64,000 nucleotides of DNA from an uncultured Planctomycetota bacterium (lineage in GTDB: Bacteria; Planctomycetota; Planctomycetia; Isosphaerales; Isosphaeraceae): contig CAWJTV010000044.1 in assembly GCA_963845755.1 (NCBI GenBank), positions 32,001-96,000 of the forward strand. Reading direction: 5' to 3'. The number at the start of each line of letters is the position of its first letter. The first letter of the stretch is position 1. Of this stretch, positions 22,101-31,523 are shown in pieces. The notes beneath the pieces were generated by a model, which had not been told where the DNA came from, did not search any database, and saw nothing but the letters and a program-made list of their open reading frames with translations. Position numbers and translations under genes: made by a program.

Positions 22101-25100
22101 GCTTGAGCCGCCGAGTTGAGCGTGAACGACTTCGTGGCGGTGAACTGGAGTTGAGAAGGCGTTCGCAAGACCGACGTGCTGACACCAAGATAAGCAAGCT
22201 GCATGTCCTGGAATTCGATCGCGAACTCGCGGTAGCTCTGGGCGCGGTCGGCCGTGATAATGTTCGCCTGCCAGCTCGTCGGGCCACCGTCATGCCGCTG
22301 TCCGCCTTGCTCGTATACCACGGTCGGCTTGTTCAAGGCGTTGGGCGTGACGACGGGGATCTCCCACTTCGAGTCGTCGGGTTCGACCAGGAGCGCCGCA
22401 TAGTAGCCCGCTTGCTGGTGCGTCGAGGGGCTAAAGTGATCGTGCGTGAACACCGAGCGAACCGTTCGGTCCAGCCCGTCGTTGTTCAGCGTCGGGTCGG
22501 TGTCGAAGCGCTGGATGGTCGTCTGGGCGCCGTCCCAATTCTGGAAGGCTGGGGGCTGGCCGAAGAGACTCCCCTTCGAGGGCGTCTTGGGATCGAGGGG
22601 GTAACTTTCGTTGACGGGGATGACCTTCAGTTGCCGCTGCGTCGTCCCCTTGTACTGGGTGGTCTCGTCGAATTTGTAGATCCCGCCCTTGGCGTTGACG
22701 GCCGCGATGCGCTCGCGGACCTCTTGCGGGCTGAACGTGCCATCTTCGTAATTGAAGCCGTTACCGGCGCCGTCGGACGAGGTGACATCGAACTTCACGA
22801 GATGGATGTGCTGGCCCAGAACATCGGTCGGTGTGCGCACCTGGAAATCGTCCATCTCGTAGTAATTCGGCACCAGGTTGGTGTGCCAGTATTCGATCGT
22901 GTCGTCGGTATTCGATCGGAAGAAGAAGGGTTGCGGCGCCCTGACGCCCGTCACGGTCGGCGCCACGTCATCCCAGAGGGTGAGGAGCCGCTGCTGGGGG
23001 AAGTGCCACCCTTTCTTGTTGAGCACCACGTCGAGCTGGAGGACGGCCGCCTTGTATCGGCGGACGTTGACATTCGATTCGCCGTCGCCGCGGACACCGG
23101 GAGGGGCATAAGGCGCACCGGGGACGGCGGGCAGGCCGTTCAGGATGAAATTGCCCGGATCGCCGTTGGGTAAGTAGGACCTGCGGGAACGTGTGGAGTG
23201 GGTCCTCATGGCCGCCTTCTCGATAGCCGTCCCATCCTGCGGCAGCTCGAAGGCGACCAGACCGCCGGCTTTCGCCTTGTAGTCGGGAGCGGGGCCGACA
23301 TCCACGAAGTCTTTCGAGAAGTCCCGCGCCGTGAAGAGATTGCGAACGAGATCACCGTCGAGGACCTGGTGTCGCGGGAGTCCACCGTCCAGGTAGACCT
23401 TCTGGCCGGTCGTCGCGTCGTAGATGGGATTGCCGCGTGCATCCTCTTTCCAGGCGTAATCGAGTGGCGGATGCGGTGGGCGATGTCCGGCGACGGCGGG
23501 GATGAAGAACGGGTAGCCCGGATTCTCGAAGTCGGCGCCGGGCTTATCAACCTCGACCCGCCGGCCATCGTCGATCAGACGGACTCGTGCGGGTGTGGAG
23601 GCCATGGCGAGCGAGGGCATCGGCACGATCGCCGGTATGGGAGTGCCCGTCACAATCTCGCCATCTGGCTGGGCACGGTTCCAGGCGGGCTTGACGTCCG
23701 TGTCGCTCACCGATTGGCGTGTACCCCCATTGTCAAAATAGTAATACTGGATCATCCCGCTCTTGTCCTCGCGGTAGACCACATAATCCTTCCCGCCCTG
23801 GCTGGTAATCAGGGTCACGGGACGTCCGTCCTTGTCAAGCCTCGTGCCAGACTCGAATGCGTCGTGCACGCGCCAGAGTGACCACATCCCCTCGGCGAAG
23901 TGAGGGTAGAAATGGCAGTGGAAGATCGAATCGCCCACAGTATAGTTGAGGTTGCCGCTACCGCCGTGGGTGATCTCCATCGTGTAGCCGGAGCCGGCGA
24001 CGACGGTCTGGCTATCCAGGTATTGGCCGTTGTCGCTATTCGGTGTGTGCAACCACTGGTGCGCATGCTGGTGGTGAACGTGGGTTATCCCCTCGCTGGC
24101 GTTGAGCACTCGGAACTTCACATGATCTCGCATGTAGCTGTGATAGACGTTGGATGGGTCGTCGGGGTAATAGGCCTTGGTAGCACCCTCGCCTGGTTTC
24201 TTGGGGGCCACGAGGGTTCCAGGCTTCGGGATCACCGCCACTCCCGGTTTCGTCGGCGGGGTAGGAGGTTCACCGTCGGGGTTTGTAAGCGCCTGATTAT
24301 TCGCATTGGCCGGTACATCGACGACCATGGCCGGATCACCGCAAGACCATGAACTGAGGAAAAACTCCTCGAATTTCAGGTCGACCGCGTCCTTCCTTCC
24401 CATCGGCCCTACGCCCAATCGATTGGAAAGGATCTCGGCGCCGATCCCGGCGCAACCGTAGTTGATTCCGAAGAAGTCACCGCCGGCATTGGCGTAGGTA
24501 TTCAACTGCGGGAATGCCTGGACGGTCGAGAAGTTATAATGGTAGACGATCGTGAATTCGCGATACGGCTGCCTTCGGTCGGGCGACGAGGGATTCTCGT
24601 GGAATAGCGGGCCGTTGATCGAGTAAGGCCAACGGTCATGGTTGGGCCCGGTGATGATCGCCGTTAGATCACTATCGACCAGACTAAAATCCTTCTGATT
24701 GGGAGCGTGATCGGGGTCGGGCGGGTTCTTGAGCATGCTGAGCACAGGGGTACCGTCCGGGATGAGCTGCCCGCTCGGGTATTTGGCACCGGGTGGGTAA
24801 AGTGCCAGGTAGTTGACCAGATGCTGCAATTGGTGAGGGACCGATTCCAGGTTGACGAGGTGCAATCGCCTCCAGGTGGACGGGTCGCCTGCCCGATGGA
24901 TGAGGACCACGGAGGTGGTCTTGAACGTGCGCTTCTGGATCTGATCGGGAGGTGCCGGTACCACAGTCGTCAGGGTGTAGACCTCGTAGGAAACACCGCG
25001 GATCACCACAGTGACCGGGTCGGCTTTAGAGTCGAGCTTGACCTGCAACTGCATATTCGTTCGCTTGCTCGGAGGCGATTCCAGCAGGTAAACCCCCGGC

Positions 25101-26167
25101 TGCTCCGGCAGATAGATCACGTATTCATGGGATTGTTTGATCCTTTCGGCCACGCTGAGCGTCGCGACGGCGCGCCTTTTTTGCTGCAAGCCTCGTTCCT
25201 GACTGTCCTCCACGTAATAGGTCGCCTGGTCCAGGTCCTCGCGGGTCACCTGGCTCCGGTAATACTCGGCCCCTTCGGGCTGGACATTGACCACGCCGAA
25301 GAGCCCTGACTGGAGCTGACTTGTGTCGTTCGGTAGCGGCGCGTCATCCGAAAAGCTGTGGACCAGGTACGTCCCCTCGGCCTTGGCGTAATACCGGTAA
25401 ACCTTCGTTGCTCCTGGGGCACAGACACTCCCGGGCTCACCACCCGGCTCCTTGGATGGGTTACTCGAGCCGTTTTTTTGCGTCTCGGTCGGTTTCGCTG
25501 GCGGGTTCGTGCCGACCCAGGACGAGTCGTTATCGATACCGCCCTCCTTGAGAAGCTCGAGTCCCATCGGATGGAAACCCGCATAGCGAGTCAGGGACGC
25601 CGTGCTGACCGGGAGCTTCGGATTCAGCAAGTTGGTGAAAGTCACCTCCAACTCGTCGCCCTCGTTGACTCGCAAGACCAGGGGGCGCGGACGCTTGTCT
25701 TCCCGCAGCCGAACCTTGCCCGGCTCCAGCGTTGCGAACTCGAAAGCCGTTGGATGCTTCGGGTCGTAATCGGTCGGGACCACATCCCGCGCCAGGGCGT
25801 AGATCATCGCATTGGGCTGCGATGCACCGAGGCGATTCCACATGTAAGGCTGATCCAGCGCGACGACGTGGGCCTTGACGGTCCGCCGGCGTGCGCGTGC
25901 TGCCTTCTGTCGTTGATAGGCTCGGGAGAAACGATACAAACTCGAGCCACCCTGGGAACCCTGGGTTGCACGAGCCGGCGGGGCCGGGGTCTCATCGGCG
26001 GTATCGGCGGTGTCCGACGGCGGAGCGTCTGAGGAGGCCGGGGCCGTGCCACCGGCCACCTGGGCGAGTACGGTCCTCTCGATCGTTGCGGAGGCTCCCC
26101 AGAATAAGAGGGCCAATCCCGCGAATTGGCCGACCACTCGGACGACAAAACGACTTGAGATCGACAT
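19196..26167 (-). CDS. Giant secreted multicopper oxidase, MnxG-like (putative Mn(II) oxidase)
   Basis: About 2320 aa with Cu motifs HVHHQHAHQW, FHCHFYPHFAEGM (type 1 site), GQHIHLVKF, FTHDHFSPSTHQ, HSFTIHG and VHGHVF; repeated PLVLRVNEGD/PLILRANAGD cupredoxin starts; N-terminal signal peptide. Confidence 0.88.
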   Translation of the reverse strand: MSISSRFVVRVVGQFAGLALLFWGASATIERTVLAQVAGGTAPASSDAPPSDTADTADETPAPPARATQGSQGGSSLYRFSRAYQRQKAARARRRTVKAHVVALDQPYMWNRLGASQPNAMIYALARDVVPTDYDPKHPTAFEFATLEPGKVRLREDKRPRPLVLRVNEGDELEVTFTNLLNPKLPVSTASLTRYAGFHPMGLELLKEGGIDNDSSWVGTNPPAKPTETQKNGSSNPSKEPGGEPGSVCAPGATKVYRYYAKAEGTYLVHSFSDDAPLPNDTSQLQSGLFGVVNVQPEGAEYYRSQVTREDLDQATYYVEDSQERGLQQKRRAVATLSVAERIKQSHEYVIYLPEQPGVYLLESPPSKRTNMQLQVKLDSKADPVTVVIRGVSYEVYTLTTVVPAPPDQIQKRTFKTTSVVLIHRAGDPSTWRRLHLVNLESVPHQLQHLVNYLALYPPGAKYPSGQLIPDGTPVLSMLKNPPDPDHAPNQKDFSLVDSDLTAIITGPNHDRWPYSINGPLFHENPSSPDRRQPYREFTIVYHYNFSTVQAFPQLNTYANAGGDFFGINYGCAGIGAEILSNRLGVGPMGRKDAVDLKFEEFFLSSWSCGDPAMVVDVPANANNQALTNPDGEPPTPPTKPGVAVIPKPGTLVAPKKPGEGATKAYYPDDPSNVYHSYMRDHVKFRVLNASEGITHVHHQHAHQWLHTPNSDNGQYLDSQTVVAGSGYTMEITHGGSGNLNYTVGDSIFHCHFYPHFAEGMWSLWRVHDAFESGTRLDKDGRPVTLITSQGGKDYVVYREDKSGMIQYYYFDNGGTRQSVSDTDVKPAWNRAQPDGEIVTGTPIPAIVPMPSLAMASTPARVRLIDDGRRVEVDKPGADFENPGYPFFIPAVAGHRPPHPPLDYAWKEDARGNPIYDATTGQKVYLDGGLPRHQVLDGDLVRNLFTARDFSKDFVDVGPAPDYKAKAGGLVAFELPQDGTAIEKAAMRTHSTRSRRSYLPNGDPGNFILNGLPAVPGAPYAPPGVRGDGESNVNVRRYKAAVLQLDVVLNKKGWHFPQQRLLTLWDDVAPTVTGVRAPQPFFFRSNTDDTIEYWHTNLVPNYYEMDDFQVRTPTDVLGQHIHLVKFDVTSSDGAGNGFNYEDGTFSPQEVRERIAAVNAKGGIYKFDETTQYKGTTQRQLKVIPVNESYPLDPKTPSKGSLFGQPPAFQNWDGAQTTIQRFDTDPTLNNDGLDRTVRSVFTHDHFSPSTHQQAGYYAALLVEPDDSKWEIPVVTPNALNKPTVVYEQGGQRHDGGPTSWQANIITADRAQSYREFAIEFQDMQLAYLGVSTSVLRTPSQLQFTATKSFTLNSAAQAELKALNVGDKIPPAASDPIRADFKTNSITLSNEAVLVTPPTGIGFRINDPGGPASVVAYSIDPVFLVSTIVTAGPLFTLNASAKNEITTTLKPGDVIPNSPTDPVRSQFLAFGIDLSETGATLVAGTSPFLFQINDVRAKDAAGNPIITERYPLDVNFGLYTPDMAPGWADPPNTVNAPGVGPNTPTPLTPQLISFGTIGTYSVGYRNEPLPLRVAIPVPGKPESTDLAYAYASIERGDGDLDLQPAFFAMDPALKKYLVPPGGNVPPEIVKAFEDAGVLLPNSAKLAFNPVLHEWTIEVPGKVLTIYVIKEFGAPIPSDLYVFTGIIGSPRSFSAPLVPLSADPNEGGVTGRDPYTPMLRAYANDRVQVRALAGAHMDEHSFTIHGVKYYFEPSYTNSGFQNTQAISLSEHFEMDFTIPAKTETQHRYFADYLYEPSGNAQGQTSGAWGILRAYDGAAYNLGHRYRPKRGPSDPRSRTYLKPLPNNEAGKAPHTLDFEKLYAAAPADQKQEYTIVASTVAQVLPAGTLYYNSRGQASHNFPFQSASASTTKLENPYALIYVNGDDLGPDGKLRGDMHVEPLILRANAGDWIKINLINQFNPGDQTFGTAAGIGQFAAGNPFARLALSSNTTPLTLNTSKSVGLHPQLVEYDITSGDGMNVGYNPKATADPAGVRTMYWYAGSLSFDQDDTLIQTPVELGSVNLAPADPLIQHRKGLIGALVVEPLGSKWPKRHHELDLVPEYQYVYDTKGTVTKIENHLMRTRATATVTKADGKEFRELALVMQTDAFTYVNNKNKGTNYPALNYRNEPIQYRYPTSGYPPAAPASTASRLSNGLVSPQLPNQPLAYADPQTPVFTVKAGTPVRFRWIYPVGAGGDAGGSSQVPVVHGHVFQEEPYVNDSRELGFNPLSEWMGGRFILPGQTIDMLFDSAGGSFKVPGDYFYGTFIGQTSGNGDTQAIWGLFRVTP

Positions 26168-26888
26168 CGGTCTTGCTCCATTGACCAGCCGATGAATCGA
26201 AAACGACACGCAGCCCAGAGTGTTACCGTCAACGCCGATTCATCTGCGCAGACTCATCTACTTCGACGGGAGCGCCACGACTCCCGAACACCATTTTCAC
26301 GCCTCAAGGAGACGCGACGCCTCTCCCCTCGAAGTCGTCGCCCACCCTGTGATCAGTTCGATGAAACCGAAGTACGCGGTTCGCGCAACCCCACTTGATT
26401 CCGAGTGGCGCGTCTGATCGATTTGTTTGATGGTCCACACATGAACCGATTGACCTCGAGATGAGGGTTCGAAACGTGGATTCCATCGACACCTTAGATA
26501 GTCGTACCGGGTCCCGTCTACGTTGTCTAGAAAAAAATCAGATTTGGCCAAGAAAAAGATTTCGGCAGACTGGCGACTGGATTATAGTCGTTTATCAAAT
26601 CCTCGCTGCCTGCGCCCGAAACATTGTGTGAAGGTTTCGGGTGCCGGCAGGCTGCGGCCGTTGGTTGCAGTTCTCAACAGCCCGTCATGACGGCTCGGGG
26701 GATAGGTCACCACGAAGACCGGTCGCCTCTCACATCGTCGTGGGGAGCGGCCTCCATCTCCCGGCTTCGCACGGCACCATGGATCTCCCGACGCGACCCG
26801 ATGAAGTGCCCGGATCGAGTCATCAGGCTTGAGCCGATCGAGGGGAACCGGCCAGGGGACTTTCGTTCGTAGGAAGGAATCGACTGCG

Positions 26889-27674
26889 ATGAGGAAGGGG
26901 CTTTCGGCAGACCAAGTCGGGTCATATGAGCGTCTGGGGGCGCTCTGCCCGATCCCCGTCCTCAACGGCGCCGAAGTCGCCTGCTATCGGGCAGCCCTCG
27001 AGGAAATCGAGCTCCAAAGCGGAGGCCAACTAAAGAGACTTGATAACGCGCACCTGTTCTTCCGTTGGGCTTACCGGCTGGCCACCCACGACGCCGTAGT
27101 GGACGCCGTCGAGTCGATCCTCGGCGACGATTTCCTGATCGACGGTACATTGATTCTCTGCAAGTACCCACAAGATCCGAGTTATGTGTCCTGGCACCAG
27201 GACAGCGTCTATTCCAACTGGCATCTGTCTCCGAGCACCTCGGCGTGGATCGCGCTGAGCTCGAGCACCGCCCGCAATGGCTGCATGCGCGTGATAATGG
27301 GATCTCACGCACGCGGCCAGGTCGACCACGAAGAGATCCAGGATCGCAATAACCTCTTGCGGCGCGGAGAGCGGATCGGAGTGGCGGTCGACGAAAGTGA
27401 GGCGGTCGAACTCGAACTGCGTCCGGGCGAGATGTCATTGCACCATTGCAATATCATCCATGGCTCGAATGCGAACCACACCGATGACAAACGAATCGGG
27501 TTCATCGTAAGGTTCGTCACGAGCCGGATCCACCGCGATGGCAAGCCGCTCGTACGGGTCCGCGGCTCGTCGGATTGCCGGCATCTCGAACTGGTCGGAG
27601 AGCCGGCCGACATCGACCCGGCCCAGGCGTTCGCGAACTGGTGTGCATTTACGCGGCGGAGGCAGCCGTCCTGA
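26889..27674 (+). CDS. PhyH-family Fe(II)/2OG dioxygenase
   Basis: VSWHQDSVY, NGCMRVIMGSH, HGSNAN and RIGF. Confidence 0.9.
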   Translation: MRKGLSADQVGSYERLGALCPIPVLNGAEVACYRAALEEIELQSGGQLKRLDNAHLFFRWAYRLATHDAVVDAVESILGDDFLIDGTLILCKYPQDPSYVSWHQDSVYSNWHLSPSTSAWIALSSSTARNGCMRVIMGSHARGQVDHEEIQDRNNLLRRGERIGVAVDESEAVELELRPGEMSLHHCNIIHGSNANHTDDKRIGFIVRFVTSRIHRDGKPLVRVRGSSDCRHLELVGEPADIDPAQAFANWCAFTRRRQPS

Positions 27675-27729
27675 TCGCGTAACAGTCGAGGCATCGGAAA
27701 CTTGACTCGAAGGGCAACGGGGTGGCGCG

Positions 27730-28569
27730 ATGACCGACAAGGAACGATTCCTCTTCGATCTGAACGGCTATTTGACCCTGGATTGCGTCCTGACCGATGA
27801 GGAGGTCGCGGCGGCCAACCAGGCGATCGATCGCCATGCCCACCTGCTCGAGAACCGACGGCCCGGCCTGGCTCATACCTCGCAGGTCCTCAAGGGGTCG
27901 AGCGGAAAGGCCGGGTTCACGCGGAACCCGCTCGGCTTCGCGAGGCCATGGTGCGAGCCATTCCGTCGCATGCTCACGCACGCCCGGGTCGCCGAAGTAT
28001 TTAATGAGATTCTGGGCCCCGGGTTCCGCCTCGATCATGGCCCGATGTTGATCCAGATGGTGAGGGAGACTGAAGGCCACTGGCTGCACGGAGGGCTGAC
28101 TTTCGACCCGTCCCGTTATCACCGCTTCGAACATGGAAGGATCCGGTGCGGGCTGTGCGTGGCCGCCTTTCAATTAACGGACGTCCGGCCGGGAGATGGC
28201 GGTTTTGTGTGCGTGCCGGGATCGCACAAGTCGAATTATCGGCCGCCGGAGGAGATGCTGTCGATGGCAGATGATCTGGGCTTCGTCCGGCAGGTCTCTG
28301 CGCCGGCGGGCTCGGTGGTCATCTTCAACGAAGCCCTTGTCCACGGGACGTTCCCCTGGCAGCCGGAGGAGCGCATCCGCCGGTCCGTTCTGTTCAAGTA
28401 TTCGCCGGGTTTCCTGGCCTGGGATAAGACGCCGCCATGCCCGATCGACGACCCCACGCCGGACGAACTGGGGCTGTTCGAGCCGACGTACCGGACGGGG
28501 AGACCCATACTGGGCGGCGCGGAAGAGGAATATGATGTCATCTATGCTCACAAACGGCCAATAAGCTGA
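27730..28569 (+). CDS. PhyH-like dioxygenase with non-canonical metal motif
   Basis: FLFDLNGYL, FRLDH, WLHGG, DGGFVCVPGSHK, HGTFPW and RRSVLFKY. Confidence 0.8.
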   Translation: MTDKERFLFDLNGYLTLDCVLTDEEVAAANQAIDRHAHLLENRRPGLAHTSQVLKGSSGKAGFTRNPLGFARPWCEPFRRMLTHARVAEVFNEILGPGFRLDHGPMLIQMVRETEGHWLHGGLTFDPSRYHRFEHGRIRCGLCVAAFQLTDVRPGDGGFVCVPGSHKSNYRPPEEMLSMADDLGFVRQVSAPAGSVVIFNEALVHGTFPWQPEERIRRSVLFKYSPGFLAWDKTPPCPIDDPTPDELGLFEPTYRTGRPILGGAEEEYDVIYAHKRPIS

Positions 28570-28685
28570 GCGGCCGACGGTAGGCCGGCATGATCGATCC
28601 GACACGGCGCGATCGCGAGACGGCGAGCGGAGTCCGTATCGAGACGGTTGGTCGGCATCCGGCAATCCTCGTGCAGAGAACTTCC

Positions 28686-29612
28686 ATGAACGGTAACCTC
28701 GCCTTCATCGCCTGCGTGGAGCGCGGGAGGCTCGAAGACCAGACGATCCTCCTCTGCCGGTCGATCCGCAGGTTCGGCGGTGTGTATCGCGACGCCCCGA
28801 TCTACCTATTTCAGCCGCGCCCCGGGATGGACGTTAGCGAGCGGACGTTGGCGGTGCTGTGCGAGCTCGGGGCCGTCCACATCTCCGAACCGCTCAACCT
28901 CGACTTCTCCGACGAGGGGACGCTGAACAAGATCTTCGTCTGTGCCTATGCGGAGCGGGTCCTTGACGAGTCGACGCTCGTCTTCCTCGACAGCGACACC
29001 GTCGTCATCGGAGAGCCCGCAGACCTGGCCCTTCCGCCGGGAATCGACATCGCCATTCGTCCCGCACACTCGACCAGGCTAAATAGCCGTGGCCCCACCG
29101 ACCCGATCGATGCCTACTGGCAGCGGGTGTTCCAGGATCGCGCGCTCCGCGATGTGCCATTTGTCGAAACGGAGCTGGGGCGGCGCGTAAGGGCCTACTT
29201 CAGTGCGGGCCTGATCGCGGTCCGCCGCGAGGCAGGTGTCTTCCGCGAGTGGGAGGACGATTTCCGGAGCCTGGTGAGCGGCGGGATTATTCCCGACGGC
29301 GCTCTCCCTCGGATGGATGAGATCGCGCTGGTTGCCACAGTCGTGCGCCGTTACGCGCGAGCACGGCTCCTGGACAAACGGTACAACTACCTGATCTACC
29401 GGCGGCCGATCATGATCCCGCCCATACGCCTCCTCTCCTTGAACCAGATCATACACATCCACTACCGACACGCGTTCTACAAGCCGGGTTTCTTGCGGTG
29501 CGTCCAGCCCCCCTTCGATGTGACCTGCCCGATCCTCCGGTGGCTGGATCAGTTCCTGCCGATGGAGCCGACGTTCGAGGGGGCCGTAGACGTGACCGAA
29601 GTCCTCGGATAA
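28686..29612 (+). CDS. GT-A fold (GT8-like) glycosyltransferase-like protein
   Basis: LCRSIRRFGG, NKIF, VFLDSD (DxD), YFSAGLI, DEIAL, YNY and HIHY. Confidence 0.65.
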   Translation: MNGNLAFIACVERGRLEDQTILLCRSIRRFGGVYRDAPIYLFQPRPGMDVSERTLAVLCELGAVHISEPLNLDFSDEGTLNKIFVCAYAERVLDESTLVFLDSDTVVIGEPADLALPPGIDIAIRPAHSTRLNSRGPTDPIDAYWQRVFQDRALRDVPFVETELGRRVRAYFSAGLIAVRREAGVFREWEDDFRSLVSGGIIPDGALPRMDEIALVATVVRRYARARLLDKRYNYLIYRRPIMIPPIRLLSLNQIIHIHYRHAFYKPGFLRCVQPPFDVTCPILRWLDQFLPMEPTFEGAVDVTEVLG

Positions 29613-29629
29613 TTCGGAGCCATCGATCG

Positions 29630-30337
29630 ATGCTCATCGACAACCAGACAGCCGTCCTGGTCTGCGCCGGTCCCTCCATAGACCGACTCTCGCCGGTCGC
29701 CTGGAGGGCGATCGAACAGGCGGGCGTGACCGTCTCAGTCAACGGATCGCTCGTCGCGCGGGCCTGCCTCCGTCACCGCCTCCGCTTCACTTACGCGGCG
29801 GCGATGGACGTTGCGACCGGGTTGGCCGAACATGTACCGGGGTTCGCCGAGGTCTGGAAACAGACTCCGGCATGGCGTCTCAGCGCCCACGGAACGGCGG
29901 CCGAGGCCGAATCGTATGTCAAGGAGGTAGAGTGGTGGGGTGACTGCCCGGACGAAGGATACATCGGCGGCAGCACGGCAATGGTCGCCGGCAACTGGCT
30001 CTGCAATCCCTGGCCGGAGGACGCCGACTCCCGGAACGCGTTAGAGGCTACGTCGCGCAGGTCCGGCAAGCCGATCCCCCGCCGCGGCTTCAAGCGACTG
30101 GCCTATGTGGGCCTGGATATGATACCCGGGCAAGGTGGACACGCCGAGGGCGCCGGGATGCATAGCAGCGGCTTCTCAGAGAGCCTCAGTCGGTACTACA
30201 TTGTCTGCAACAACTGGAGGCTATTCTTCCTCGAGGCCCGCGAGCGCGGGATCGAGGTTGTCAACCTGACTCCCGGGTCGGCATTGGAGCGACTCCCCCG
30301 ACTCGACATCCCGGATGACTGGTTGGTGCCCGGATGA
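29630..30337 (+). CDS. Hypothetical protein, DUF115/Maf/sialyltransferase-like Rossmann signature
   Basis: VCAGPSI, VSVN, GGST, GFKRLAYVGLDM and VVNLTPGSAL. Confidence 0.55.
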   Translation: MLIDNQTAVLVCAGPSIDRLSPVAWRAIEQAGVTVSVNGSLVARACLRHRLRFTYAAAMDVATGLAEHVPGFAEVWKQTPAWRLSAHGTAAEAESYVKEVEWWGDCPDEGYIGGSTAMVAGNWLCNPWPEDADSRNALEATSRRSGKPIPRRGFKRLAYVGLDMIPGQGGHAEGAGMHSSGFSESLSRYYIVCNNWRLFFLEARERGIEVVNLTPGSALERLPRLDIPDDWLVPG

Positions 30338-30578
30338 TGGCTCTCCGCGGGCGTCGGTTCCGGCCAGACCACACCGCCTGGCCGGACTCGCCGCCGAGAC
30401 AACCTGGGCACAGAATCCTGATCTGATTCGAGTATTCGGAGTATCGAAGGCATTCTTATAATGAATCGACTTTGCCGGGAGAGATGGTCCCCGAGCGTAT
30501 CCACTTCGGGGATGGCGAGCGTTCTGGCTGGCAACAGCAAATCTCTCGCAGGGCCCCTTGACCAGGAGAAATAGCCGA

Positions 30579-31446
30579 ATGTCGATCGATAGACCACCGG
30601 GCTCTGAGGCCAGGGCGACACGCCCGGATGACGTCGACCCCGGTCCGCTGATCGGGACCTGGCGGAATACCAACGCCGACACCGGCCAGATCGCGGGCCT
30701 GCACGTCCAGGTTGTCGAAGGCCTGCGCGATGCTGAACGTGTGGGGGTCGTCGCGGCCATCCCACCGAGACTGGGGCAGGGTCCCCATCGGCATGCTCTA
30801 CAAAGGGAGCCCGGGGGCCGCGCAGGCGTCGGCCTTCGAGGCCCAATTCGAGTTCGGCCCGATGACGGCCCTCCTGGAGGCGAACCTTAGCAAGGGCCTG
30901 CTGATCATCGCCTGTTTGAAGACTTTTCGCGATGACAGCGGGCGGTCGAACTACTTTGTTCGGGAGTTTTTCCGGAGGACCGACGAAGGTCAGCCGCCCG
31001 CGCTCGCCCCCGTCAACCGTGGAGGGCGGCCCATCACGTGTGCCGACGATGAGCCCCCACAGGCCCAAGAGCTGTCGGGCTCGCGGAGTCTCGACCCGAA
31101 GTTATTCGCCGGTCATTGGAAAAACACCGACAATGGGACGCACGGCCTTCGAGAGGTCCGGCTGGCCGACCGGGACGGCGGGTTTCTCTTCGAGGCTGAC
31201 TTCGCCGAGGATCGAACGGACGATCGACGGCGCGAGGCAATCGCCCAGCCGTTCGCCGAGAACGCGGCCGGTACGGTCGCGACGCAGTTTCACACAGCGA
31301 TCGAGCGGGCCGGTCAACGAATGGTGATGCACGGTTGGGTCAAGCTGGGGGTGATGGTTATCGCCGTGTTCCGTCGTCCGATGGACTCGTCGGCGATCGC
31401 CCCCTGGTTCGACCGCGAATTCTTCTATCGAGCGGATCGCCATTGA
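30579..31446 (+). CDS. Hypothetical protein with two tandem beta-rich domains (frameshift near 30720)
   Basis: LIGTWRNTN...SNYFVREFFRR and FAGHWKNTD...WFDREFFYR; ATG 30579 follows AGGAG. Confidence 0.65.
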
Positions 31447-31523
31447 AACTCCGAGGGCTTGGGCGCCGACGGCCCGGATGGGCCACGATCTTGCCCGCTC
31501 CGATGACCCGGGGAGAAGCCACG

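Noticed and set aside
26210..26880. Sigma-54 promoter or riboswitch upstream of the MCO operon
   Set aside because: No convincing TGGCAC-N5-TTGC spacing or recognisable riboswitch found by eye; only an AT-rich divergent promoter region.
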